NCBI GenBank assembly: GCA_963720755.1
Contig: CAVRGP010000013.1
Coordinates: forward strand, 241,780-305,779
Direction: 5' to 3'
Length of the DNA stretch: 64,000 nucleotides
DNA from: an uncultured Chloroflexia bacterium
GTDB taxonomy: Bacteria; Chloroflexota; Limnocylindria; Limnocylindrales; CSP1-4
Shown one piece after another: positions 33,501-42,724 of this stretch; the stretch's first letter is position 1, and the number at the start of each line of letters is the position of its first letter. The translations under genes and the position numbers were made by a program. The notes under the pieces are model-generated. The model was not told the DNA's origin. It was given only the letters and a program-made list of their open reading frames with translations, and ran no database searches.

Positions 33501-34727
33501 TCAAGCGGCCGGCAGCGCGACCACGAACCGGGACGAGGCGAAGCCGTTGGGTTCCAGGAAGATCCGCCCGCCCATCGCGGTCATCAGCCGGCGGGCCGCG
33601 AACAGGCCGATCCCCGAGCCGCGCGACCGGCCGCGACCGTCGATCCGAACGAACGGCTCGAACACGCTCTCCCAGTCCTCCTTCGGCACGCCCGGGCCGT
33701 CGTCGGTCACGTAGACCTGGATCTCGTCGCCGACCCGCCAAACGCCGATGCTCACGCCGTCGGCGCTCCGGGCGTACTTCGACTCGTTTTCGAGAAGCTG
33801 CTCGAGGACCTGGCGGAAGCGGGTCGCATCGCCGATCGCGGTCATCGATGCAGACGGGCGCTCCCATCGGATCGGGCGTGGACGGAGCAGCAGGCGGAGC
33901 GTATCGACCGTGTCATCGACCGCCTCGACCGCGTCGAACGGCGCTCGTGACAGTCCGGTCAGACCCTCGCCACGGACCGACACGAGGATCGAGTCGACGA
34001 GTCGATCGAGCCGACCGAGTTGGTCGGATGCGGCCACGCGCCACTCCTCGGACGCCGGTTCCGGGAGGTCCGCGGAGGCCGCCTCGGCCAACAGGTCGAC
34101 GTAGACCCGGACGACCGACAGCGGCGTGCGCAGTTCGTGGGTCACGACGCTCAGCAACTCGGCCCGGGCGGCGTCGAGGGCGGTCAGCTCGACGAGCCGA
34201 GCCTCGACCTCCGCCGTCAATCGGCCCTTCTCGACGATCCCGGCCAGCAACGCGGCGATCGTCTGGAGGAGGGCGATCTCGTCGGGGTCGAATCGACGGA
34301 CGTCGCGCGTCTGGACGTTGAGGACCCCGACCACCTTGTCGTGCCAGACCAGGGGCACGGACAGCATGCCGGCGAGGGCCTCGACGTCGAATCCGCGGAC
34401 CCAGGCGAAGCGTTCGTCCCTGGTCACGTCGTCGATCGCGATGGGCGCTCGCGCTGCGGCCACCCGGCCGGTGACCCCTTCACCCCAGGCCAGGCTGACC
34501 TTGCCGACCTGGTTGCGGTCCAGGCCGTTCGTCGCGGCGAGGGTCAGCCGCATCCCTTCGTGGTCGGCCAGGTAGAACGAGCAGACCTCGACGCTCATCG
34601 CCGCCGTCGTCGCGTCGACGATGTTGTGCATGAGCTCGTCCCAGTCACGGGCTTGTGTGGCGAGCTGGGCGATCTCGTGGAGGAACGCCAGTTCGGCGAG
34701 TCGGCGGTCGGGACCGGGGTCACTCAT
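33501..34727 (-). CDS. Soluble GAF-domain sensor histidine kinase
   Basis: GAF (EVCSFYL...AATNGL...GEGVTGRVA), H-box THELRTPL, DDGPGV, GSGIGL. Confidence 0.88.
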   Translation of the reverse strand: MSDPGPDRRLAELAFLHEIAQLATQARDWDELMHNIVDATTAAMSVEVCSFYLADHEGMRLTLAATNGLDRNQVGKVSLAWGEGVTGRVAAARAPIAIDDVTRDERFAWVRGFDVEALAGMLSVPLVWHDKVVGVLNVQTRDVRRFDPDEIALLQTIAALLAGIVEKGRLTAEVEARLVELTALDAARAELLSVVTHELRTPLSVVRVYVDLLAEAASADLPEPASEEWRVAASDQLGRLDRLVDSILVSVRGEGLTGLSRAPFDAVEAVDDTVDTLRLLLRPRPIRWERPSASMTAIGDATRFRQVLEQLLENESKYARSADGVSIGVWRVGDEIQVYVTDDGPGVPKEDWESVFEPFVRIDGRGRSRGSGIGLFAARRLMTAMGGRIFLEPNGFASSRFVVALPAA

Positions 34728-34754
34728 CGGAGGTCGGGGCCGCGGCCGCGGGCC

Positions 34755-35481
34755 TCAGCCGGCCGAGAGCGACGCCATCTCGTCGCGGAGCGCGATCAGG
34801 TCGGGATCCTCGGCGGCGAATGTGCGGAGGTCCTCGCGCAGGGGCAGGCACTGCCGGAGGAGCGTCCGAGCCCGATCCAGCTGGCCCGCCACCGAGTAGA
34901 AGCAGGCGAGGTTGTAGCGGGCGTAGTTGATCGGCCGGTCCGGCCAGTCGTGGCCAGCCAGGATGTCCTCGATCGCGGCCGCCAATTCGAAGATACGATC
35001 CGTGGCCCCGACCGATGCGGCGATCGGTGGCAGGTGGGTGAGGGCATGTTCGGACCCGTTGCCCATGATCGAGCCGCTGACCCGGTCGATCGCGATCGTC
35101 TCGTCACTGGCCAGCTCGATCTCGGCGACCAGGTCCTCGGCCGTGGCATCGGCGTCCGCGACCACTTCGGCCCACGTGGCATCGGCCCGTTCGGCCTGGT
35201 AGATCGCGTTGATCTCGTCCGTCTCGAGCTGGATCTCCGGCGCATCGCGACCCTCGCGCATCGCCTCGAGGCGCCCGATCTGGGTCCGCTTCCAGGCCGA
35301 CAGGTGCGACTGGACGTCCTTGGGCGACCAGCCGCCGTCGGGCGCAGGCGTCTCGCGGTCGGTCGGCGCGACGGCCCCGAACACGTCGCGTTCGGCGTCG
35401 CGGCTCGCGCGCAAGGCGTCGATCAGGCCGGCACGCAGGTCGGCGGATCCGGGGAGGGGGGATCGGTTGTCGGCTCGTCAT
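34755..35481 (-). CDS. DinB/MDMPI-like N-terminal domain plus C-terminal TPR; probable frameshift in C-run near 35455
   Basis: GWSPKDVQSHLSAW, EHALTH, YNLACFYS...AAEDPDL; TACGAT 7 nt upstream of ATG 35481, which is out of frame with the main ORF. Confidence 0.7.
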
Positions 35482-35617
35482 GGGCGCCATCGTACGTGCT
35501 CGGGACAGTCGCTACCGGGCGACGGGGTCAGGGTGGCCCGCCTCGCCTGGTCCGCGTTGGCCCGCCTCGCCCGCGACGGCCCGCCTCGCCCGAGGCCCTT
35601 GACCGCGGCCCTGACCC

Positions 35618-35795
35618 GGCAGGATTCTCATCCACAGAACGTTATGCCGAGAAGAGGCCGCGATTCAGTCGTGGTTCGACACGTCCAGGCATGGTTCGAC
35701 CGCGACCTGAGCGTGGGCGGTCGTTCGAGGTGCCCCAGAGCGTGGCCGAGCCCGCGGCGAATCTGCCATTACGTTCCCCCGAGGAAAATCTTGCC
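35618..35795. repeat. Imperfect 31-bp inverted-repeat pair in intergenic DNA
   Basis: GGCAGGATTCTCATCCACAGAACGTTATGCC (35618-35648) vs reverse complement of 35765-35795 GGCAAGATTTTCCTCGGGGGAACGTAATGGC; 22/31 identical by eye. Confidence 0.65.
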
Positions 35796-35845
35796 AGGTG
35801 TGGCGGTTCTGCCGGCTGCCGGGCCCGATTTCGGCCGCCTCGGCC

Positions 35846-35981
35846 CCCCCGGCCGCGCTCCCTGGTCTGTGCCCAAACCTCGGTCGGAGCCGCGGGACCC
35901 CGGCCCTAGGCCCCCGGCCCGGACCCCGGCCCAGGCCCCCGGCCGCGCCTGGTCTGTGCCCGAAACTCGGTCGGAGCCGCG
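35846..35981. repeat. Two ~46-49 bp direct repeats downstream of argG
   Basis: ccggccgcgc..ctggtctgtgccc(aaac/gaaa)ctcggtcggagccgcg at about 35846-35894 and 35936-35981. Confidence 0.75.
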
Positions 35982-35998
35982 CCGGCCCTTCCGTAACC

Positions 35999-37283
35999 CT
36001 AGACCGCGGCCCCCTCTGGGTCCGTGACGGTGGTCGGCAGCGTCTCGAGGAGGGGATCGGTCCAGGTCCAGGCGGCGCCGTGGTGCTTGCCGACGGCGCC
36101 GTGCCGGGCGGCCTCGACCCGCAGCGGCAGGCCGAAGATCTCGATGAACCCGACCGCAGACGCGTGGTCGAAGGCATCGCCCTCGTCGTAGGTGGCGAGA
36201 CTCTTGTCGTACAGCGACATCGGCGACCGCCGCCCGACGACCACGGCCGAACCGTGATCGAGACGCATCCGAACCTCGCCGGAGACGACCCGCTGCGACG
36301 ACGCGACGTAGGCCCGCAGGTCGCGCGACAGGGCGCTGAACCACAGGCCGTCGTAGATGAGGCGGGCCAGCTCGTCGGCGACGAAGCCGTTGAACCGCAG
36401 CGTGTCGCGGCTCAGGGTCAGCCCCTCGAGGGCGCGATGGGCCGTGTGCAGGATCGTCGCGGCCGGGGTCTCGTAGATCTCGCGGCTCTTGATCCCGACC
36501 AGGCGGTCCTCGACGTGATCGACCCGGCCGACCCCGTGCGCGCCACCGAGCGCATGCAGCCGCTCGACGAGGTCCACGGATCCGAGCCGCTCGCCATCGA
36601 GCGCCACCGGGACGCCGCCCTTCGAAGTCGATGACGATCTCGACCGGCGCCGGCGCATCGGCCGGGGCGACCGTCCACTCGTAGGCATCGGCCGGCGGGG
36701 TGACCCACGGGTCCTCGAGCACCCCCGTCTCGCACGAGCGGCCCCACAGGTTGACGTCGATGGAGTAGGGGGAGGCCTTGGTGATCGGGATCTCGATCCC
36801 GCGTTCGATGGCGTAGTCGATCTCCTGGTCGCGGGTCAGGCCCATCCCGACCCGCATCGGGGCGACGACCTCCAGCCCCGGATCGAGGGCGTGGGTGGCG
36901 ACATCGAACCGGACCTGGTCGTTGCCCTTGCCCGTGCAGCCATGGGCGACCGCGTCGGCGCCCTCACGCTTCGCGACCTCGACGAGGAGCTGCGCGATGA
37001 GCGGCCGGGCGAGGGCGGTGGCCAGCGGGTACGCGCCCTGGTAGAGGGCGTTGGCCTGGAGATGCGGCCAGACGTAGTCGGTCACGAAGCGCTCGCGGGC
37101 ATCGACCACGTAGGCCCGGGTCGCGCCGGCGGCCATCGCCCGGGCTTCGACGCCGGGTCGGAGCGAGCCGCCACCGAGATCGACCGTCAGGGTCACCACT
37201 TCGGCCCCGAACTGTTCCTTGAGCCAGGCGACGGCGACCGAGGTATCGAGACCGCCGGAATACGCGAGGACGACCTTGTTCAC
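35999..37283 (-). CDS. argG: Argininosuccinate synthase; frameshift near 36620
   Basis: LAYSGGLDTS, HGCTGKGNDQVRF in one frame; EDRLVGIKSREIYETP in the next. Confidence 0.93.
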
Positions 37284-37290
37284 GGGTTGC

Positions 37291-37794
37291 TCAACCTCCG
37301 GAGCGTGCCTGGATGGCCCTGAACCGTTCGAGCCAGCGCTCGAGGCGCGACTCGTCGGCGAACAGGACGAGGAGGGTATTGTCGCCCGCCAGCGTCCCCT
37401 CCTGCTCGTGCAGTGTCGATTCGTCGATCGCCTGGGCGATGACGCTGGCAGTCCCGGGCGTCCCGGTCAGCACGACGGTGAGCCCGCTCCGGCCGATCCG
37501 GACCGGGATATCCGAGAGGATCCGCTCGAGCCGCAGGTCGGACGCGGGGCCACCGTTGGTCGCGACCCGTTCCGGGGTGACGTAGACATGGCCGTCGGCG
37601 CCGGGCGCCTTGACCAGGCCGAGCTCGGTGATGTCGCGCGAGACGGTCGCCTGGGTGACCTCGAAGCCCTGGGCGCTGAGGGCATCGACGACCTCGCGCT
37701 GGCTGCTCACCGGTCGTGTCGCGACGAGCTCGCGGATCGCGCGTTGGCGGAGCTGCTTGGTGTCGTGGCCGGCCTGGATGGTCATCGCGGTCAC
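37291..37794 (-). CDS. argR: Arginine repressor
   Basis: VTQATVSRDITELG, TPGTA, GTLAGDNT; start GTG 37794 or ATG 37785. Confidence 0.92.
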   Translation of the reverse strand: MTAMTIQAGHDTKQLRQRAIRELVATRPVSSQREVVDALSAQGFEVTQATVSRDITELGLVKAPGADGHVYVTPERVATNGGPASDLRLERILSDIPVRIGRSGLTVVLTGTPGTASVIAQAIDESTLHEQEGTLAGDNTLLVLFADESRLERWLERFRAIQARSGG

Positions 37795-38579
37795 GCGGCG
37801 CCGGCTCGGGCGTGGCTGTCGGCGGTGATCCGGGTCCCGAAGCTGGGGTCGGTGAGGGCCCGGTGGAGGGCGTCCGGCGCGGCGGCGTCCGCGATGATCG
37901 CCTCGGCACCGCTCCAGCCGAGGGCACTCAGCGCGGCCCGGACCTTGGGGACCATGCCGCCGCCGATGACCCCGGATTCGATCAGCGCCTCGGCCTCGGC
38001 CGCGGTGATGGCGTCGAGCCGGTTGCCCGCGGCATCGCGCACGCCATCGACATCGGTCAGCAGGACGAGTTGACGGGCACCGATCCCGGCCGCGATCCCG
38101 GCCGCGGCATCGTCCGCGTTGACGTTGCAGACGATCCCGTCCGCATCCCGGGCGAGCGGCGCGACGACCGGCACCTGGCCACCGACGAGGATCGAATCGA
38201 GGAGATCCCGGCGCAGGCCGACGACCGAGGCCACGAGACCGAGGTGAGGGATCCGCTCGGCGACGAGCAGGCCGCCATCGACCCCGGACAGGCCGACGGC
38301 ATCGACCCCGAGATCGCGCAGGCCGGACACGAGTTCGCTGTTGACCACGCCCCGGAGGACCGCGGCGGCCACTTCGAGCGACTGGGCATCGGTGACCCGC
38401 AGGCCGCCCTCGAACGTGCTCGGGACCCCGAGTCGCTCGAGCCATTCGGTGACGCGCTTGCCGCCGCCATGCACCAGGACCACGGGACGCCGACGCGAGA
38501 CCGCGGCCACTTCCGTGAGGACCTGGCGCTGGTCGGCGATGGTCGTGCCGCCCAGCTTGACGACGAGGATCTCAGACAT
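37791..38579 (-). CDS. argB: Acetylglutamate kinase
   Basis: VVKLGG, VHGGG, GLRVTD, NVNAD, GGMVPK. Confidence 0.94.
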   Translation of the reverse strand: MSEILVVKLGGTTIADQRQVLTEVAAVSRRRPVVLVHGGGKRVTEWLERLGVPSTFEGGLRVTDAQSLEVAAAVLRGVVNSELVSGLRDLGVDAVGLSGVDGGLLVAERIPHLGLVASVVGLRRDLLDSILVGGQVPVVAPLARDADGIVCNVNADDAAAGIAAGIGARQLVLLTDVDGVRDAAGNRLDAITAAEAEALIESGVIGGGMVPKVRAALSALGWSGAEAIIADAAAPDALHRALTDPSFGTRITADSHARAGAA

Positions 38580-38597
38580 GGTCCTGCCCCGGCCCTC

Positions 38598-39978
38598 TCA
38601 TGTGGTGTACTCGCTGTTCTCGATGACGTAGGCCTCGGTCAGGTCGCACCCGAACGCCTCGCCCCGACCGGTGCCGAGACCCAGGTCCAGGCCGAACACG
38701 ACCTCCGGGGCGTCCATCGCGGCGCGGGCCGCGGCTCGATCGAAGGTGACCGGGCCACCCTGGCTGCCATCGAACACGAGGTGGCCGGCGATCGAGACGC
38801 GCAGCCTCGAGGCGTCGATCTCAGCGTGCGTGCCGGCACGGGCCGTGGCCTCGGTGGTGGACAGGCCGCCGGCCTCGAGCACGGCCGCCGTCGCGAGTCG
38901 GGCGTTGCCGGCGGCACCGGCCAGGCGGCCCCAGTTCGGGTCGCGACCGTGGACCGCGGCCTTGACCAGGCTGGACGAAACGATCGCGCGGGCGACGGCC
39001 CTGGCCTCGGCATCGTCCCGGGCGCCCGTGACCGCGGCCGTGATCAGGATGCTGGCACCTTCCCCGTCCGCGGCCTGCTGTCGGGCAAGGTCGCGGGCGA
39101 TGGCCTCGATCGCGGCCCCGAGACGGTCGGCCGCCTCGGAGCCTGGATCCGCGGTCGCGGCCCCGGCGGCACCCGAGGCGAGGACGAAGACCGTGTCGTT
39201 CGTGCTCGTGTCGCCATCGATCGAGAGCTGGTCCCAGGTCCGGGCCGCAGCAGGTCGGAGCAGGCCCCACAGCGTCTCGGGCGCCACCGACGCATCGGTC
39301 AGCACGATCGACAGCATCGTGGCCATCATCGGGTGGATCATCCCGACGCCCTTGGCGATGCCGCTGACGGTGACCGTGACCGGCCGGCCGTCGGGGTCGG
39401 GGAGCTCGATCGTGGTCGTCGCGACCTTGGTCGTGGAGTCGGTCGTGCGCAGGGCCTGCGCCGCGGACTCGAGTCCATCGCCCGCCGTCGTCAAGGTCGG
39501 AACGAGGGCGGTGAGGCCGGCCTGGACCTTGTCGAGGGGCAGCCGGATGCCGATGATCCCGGTCGACAGGAGGAGCGTCCGCTCGATCGCGACGTCGGTG
39601 GCCGCGGCCAGCATCGCGGCGACGTCGAGCTGGTCCGCATCGCCGGCAGGGCCGGTCGCTGCGTTCGCCGAGCCACTGGTCGAGATGATCGCCTCGGCCC
39701 AGCCGAAGCGGCCCCGCTCGTCACCGGATGTGGTGGCGAGATGCGCCTGGGACAGCCGGACGGGCGCGGCCGCGAACGTGTTCGGGGTGAAGACCGCTGC
39801 CGCGGCGGCGGGGCCCGAGGTCGTGGTGACGACGGCCAGGTCCGGCCGGCCGGACTTCTTGATCCCGGACGCCAGGCCACCGGCGCGGAACCCGAGCGGG
39901 ATGACGCTCTCGCGCGCGACCTCGGGGAGGTCGGTCGCCGAGCCGGTCCCTGTCGCCGCGGCGCGTCATCGTCGTCAT
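38598..39978 (-). CDS. argJ: Ornithine acetyltransferase/N-acetylglutamate synthase; frameshift near 39960
   Basis: STGIIG, RTTD, AKGVGMIHPMMATML, DGDTSTND, DGEGA, DPNWGR, GCDLT..Y..ENSEYTT. Confidence 0.93.
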
Positions 39979-41103
39979 GGCGCAAGCGGCAGCTGTTCGA
40001 GCCCGGCCGTCTCCGGCAGGCCGTGGACGAGATTGAAGGCCTGGATCGCCTGGCCGGCGGCGCCCTTGACCAGGTTGTCCTCGACGCCGATCGCCAGGAT
40101 CCGGCCGGTCCGCTCGTCGAGGCTGACGTGGATCCGGACGTGGTTGCTGCCGGTCACGTCCTTGGTCGCCGGCGGGTCCGGCACGACCGTCACGAACGGC
40201 TCGTCGGCGTAGGCCGAGGCGTACATGGCGTCGAGTTCCGACTGGGTGATCTTGCGCGTCGGGCGGACGTGGCTGGCCGACAGGATGCCGCGGGTCATCG
40301 GGATGAGGTGGGGCAGGAAGTCGACCGCGATGACGCCCGGGTTGGCACCGAGGTCGAGGCCCTGGCGCGCGGTGAGCTCGGCGAGTTCCTGCTCGATCTC
40401 GGCGACGTGCCGGTGGCCACCGATCCCGTAGGCCTTGACGCTCTCGTTGACCTCGCCGAAGAGCAGCCCGGTCCTGGCTTCCCGGCCCGCGCCGGAAACG
40501 CCGCTCTTGGCGTCGACGACGAGGTCACCGATCAGCCCGGCCCGAGCGAGGGGAGCGAGCGCGAGCAGCGTGGCCGTCGGGTAGCAGCCCGGGCGCACCG
40601 ACGATCGCGATCTCGGCATCGACCAGCGCACTGAGCTCCGCCCGATGCAGCTCGGGGAGACCGTAGACGGCCTGGTCGAGCAGGTCCGGCCGCGGGTGCT
40701 CGAAGCCGTACCAGCGCGGATAGTCGGCGGGGTCGCGCAGTCGGAAGTCGGGGCCCTGGTCGATGATCGCGGTTCCGTTGGCGATCAGCCCGGGCACCAA
40801 CTCGGCGGCCGTTCCGTGGGGGAGCGCCATGAAGACCGCGTCGAGCGACTCCGGTAGTTCGGCGTGGATGTCGAGATCGAGGGTTGCCAGGTGCGGATGG
40901 ACGTTGCCGACCGGATCGTGGTCGCGCTGGCGGCCGGTCAGGCCCACCAGATCCACGTTCGGATGTCGGGCCAGGAGCCGGATGAGCTCACCGCCGACGT
41001 AGCCGGTCGCACCGATGATCCCGACGCGGATCCGGCGTGGCCCGCCGGCAGGGTCGAGTCCGCGCAGGGTCCGTGAGGCAGGGGTCGCGGTCGTCGTCGT
41101 CAC
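39975..41103 (-). CDS. argC: N-acetyl-gamma-glutamyl-phosphate reductase; frameshift near 40590
   Basis: IIGATGYVG, ALPHG, YGLPE / PGCYPT, SGVSGAG, HRHVAEI, DNLVKGAAGQA; start GTG 41103 favoured by promoter position. Confidence 0.93.
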
Positions 41104-41106
41104 AGC

Positions 41107-41141
41107 TGGATGACTATACATCTGAGTGCATAGTCATGCAA
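41107..41141 (-). promoter_or_regulatory. argC promoter with two tandem ARG boxes
   Basis: Minus strand TGCATGACTATGCA-N6-TGTATAGTCATCCA overlapping TTGCAT-N17-TATAGT; argR is in the operon. Confidence 0.85.
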
Positions 41142-41177
41142 TGGCGTCGGTCGGGTGCGCAGCTCAGGCAGGCCCAC

Positions 41178-41252
41178 GAGGGCGCGAGGTCAACGAAGGC
41201 ACCCGCCCCATGAAGGCGCCCGCCCCACGAAGGCGCCCGCCCCACGAAGGCG
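41178..41252. repeat. 17-bp tandem repeat abutting bipartite element A
   Basis: GAAGGC(A/G)CCCGCCCCA(T/C) x3 (41195-41245) plus a degenerate unit before and a partial unit after. Confidence 0.8.
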
Positions 41253-41312
41253 TGATGCTTGATTTCAGGCACTTTGGACCGTGTGCTTTGCCGTATGCGC
41301 GTAGGCAGCATA
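41253..41312 (+). repeat. Bipartite 60-bp element, copy A
   Basis: TGATGCTTGATT-N29-TATGCGCGTAGGCAGCATA. Confidence 0.9.
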
Positions 41313-41490
41313 CGGGCGGTGCAGCCCCCCGAGACCACCCGATCCGCCTCCCCGGGCCGAGCCGCCGCCCCGCCGCCTCGCGCCACCGAGCCGCCGGGCG
41401 CCGCCGCGAGCCGAGCCGCCCCGCCCGGGCGTCTTCGGCCAGGTCGCCCGCCGACGCCCGCCTGGCCGCTCGGCCGCCCTAGCCCCGACG

Positions 41491-41550
41491 TATGCCGCCT
41501 ACACGCATACTCGGGGAGAGTGTCGTCGCCCCCCGTCGAATCAAGCATCA
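41491..41550 (-). repeat. Bipartite 60-bp element, copy B (inverted partner of A)
   Basis: Plus strand TATGCCGCCTACACGCATA-N29-AATCAAGCATCA. Confidence 0.9.
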
Positions 41551-41622
41551 GCCCTCGGGCTCGCTAGGCCGCCTCGGGCTCGCAGACGAATTGGAACGAA
41601 CCGGAGGCAAGCTGGTTCGTCG

Positions 41623-42138
41623 TCAACGAGTGGTAGGTCCCGTGGCCTGTGATGGTCTGTGCGTCGAAATCGAGCTCGATGACCAGGTCTTTGCCTTGGG
41701 GCTCCGCTCGCCGGCCTGACCCAGTAAAGGGTGCTGTCGCCAGGTCCGCTCACTTCGGACTTCGAACGTGCCGTCCTGCTGGACGGACGCCGAGAAATGA
41801 CTGTCTTCGACACCGTCGAGCGTCCCCCAGACATTCGCGCTGGTCGGCAAGGTTCCGTCGTCCTTGAAGAGGAAGCACTGTCCGGTCGTCATCGGCAATG
41901 TTCGCTTCCACACCTGCGAGCCGATCCGGATGGTGTTCGGCTCGACCGCGCCCGCCGGCTCCGGCTCCACGTCCCCGGTCTGGCCGCCACCGCCCGAACC
42001 ACTCGAGCCCTGCGGGTCGTCCGACGATTCGCCATCGACGAAACCGTCCGGGGCGGTCTCGGTGGCCACTGATTCGGCGCCGCCACAGGCGGTCGTCGCG
42101 AGCGCGAGCGTCGCGATCAAGGTGAACAGGATTCGCAA
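41623..42138 (-). CDS. Hypothetical lipoprotein (3' end possibly frameshifted)
   Basis: Strong SD GGGAGGAGG, lipobox LATTAC, low-complexity linker. Confidence 0.65.
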   Translation of the reverse strand: MRILFTLIATLALATTACGGAESVATETAPDGFVDGESSDDPQGSSGSGGGGQTGDVEPEPAGAVEPNTIRIGSQVWKRTLPMTTGQCFLFKDDGTLPTSANVWGTLDGVEDSHFSASVQQDGTFEVRSERTWRQHPLLGQAGERSPKAKTWSSSSISTHRPSQATGPTTR

Positions 42139-42230
42139 TCTGGGCCTCCCTCCCTAGGTCTTGGTTGCCCACCTACCGTATCGAACCGGTGCAAGTCGGG
42201 CGCCCAGGGCCGCGGCCGCGGTCGCGGCCC

Positions 42231-42722
42231 TCAGTCCAGGATGTCGGGCCGCATGTCGGGGCCGGTGGCGACGACCTCGCCTTCGGCCTCGAACGCCTTC
42301 TCGCCGGTCGACACGATCGCGAAGCGGTGGTGGACCACGGTCGCCCCGGCCGAGAGCATCGCGTTGACCGGGCAGTACTTCTTCGCGGACAGCTCGATGC
42401 AGCGACGGATCGACGCCTCGGACAGGTCGCGACCGGTGACCTGGTGGGTGACGACGATGTCGGTGAAGACCTGGGGGTACTCGTCGCGCTGGCTGCCGGT
42501 GACGGTGACCGTGTACTCGTCGATGGTCTGGCGCTTCTTCTCGGCGATCGAGATGACGTCCATCGCGGTGCAGGCGCCGAGCGCCGACAGGATCGTCTCG
42601 ACCGGGCTGCCGCCCTGGTCCGACGTGCGATCGTCGTAGTCGTAGGGATGGCCGGAACTGGGCTCGGCGTGGAGGTGCATCCCCCCGAGGTGGCGGATCT
42701 CGACGGACTTGTGGGTGGGCAT
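42231..42722 (-). CDS. OsmC/YhfA family protein
   Basis: SPVETILSALGACTAMDV...KKYCPV with the two conserved Cys. Confidence 0.9.
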   Translation of the reverse strand: MPTHKSVEIRHLGGMHLHAEPSSGHPYDYDDRTSDQGGSPVETILSALGACTAMDVISIAEKKRQTIDEYTVTVTGSQRDEYPQVFTDIVVTHQVTGRDLSEASIRRCIELSAKKYCPVNAMLSAGATVVHHRFAIVSTGEKAFEAEGEVVATGPDMRPDILD

Positions 42723-42724
42723 CG

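Noticed and set aside
35672-35740. GGTTCGA motifs as tRNA T-loops
   Set aside because: No acceptor, D or anticodon stems could be built around them.
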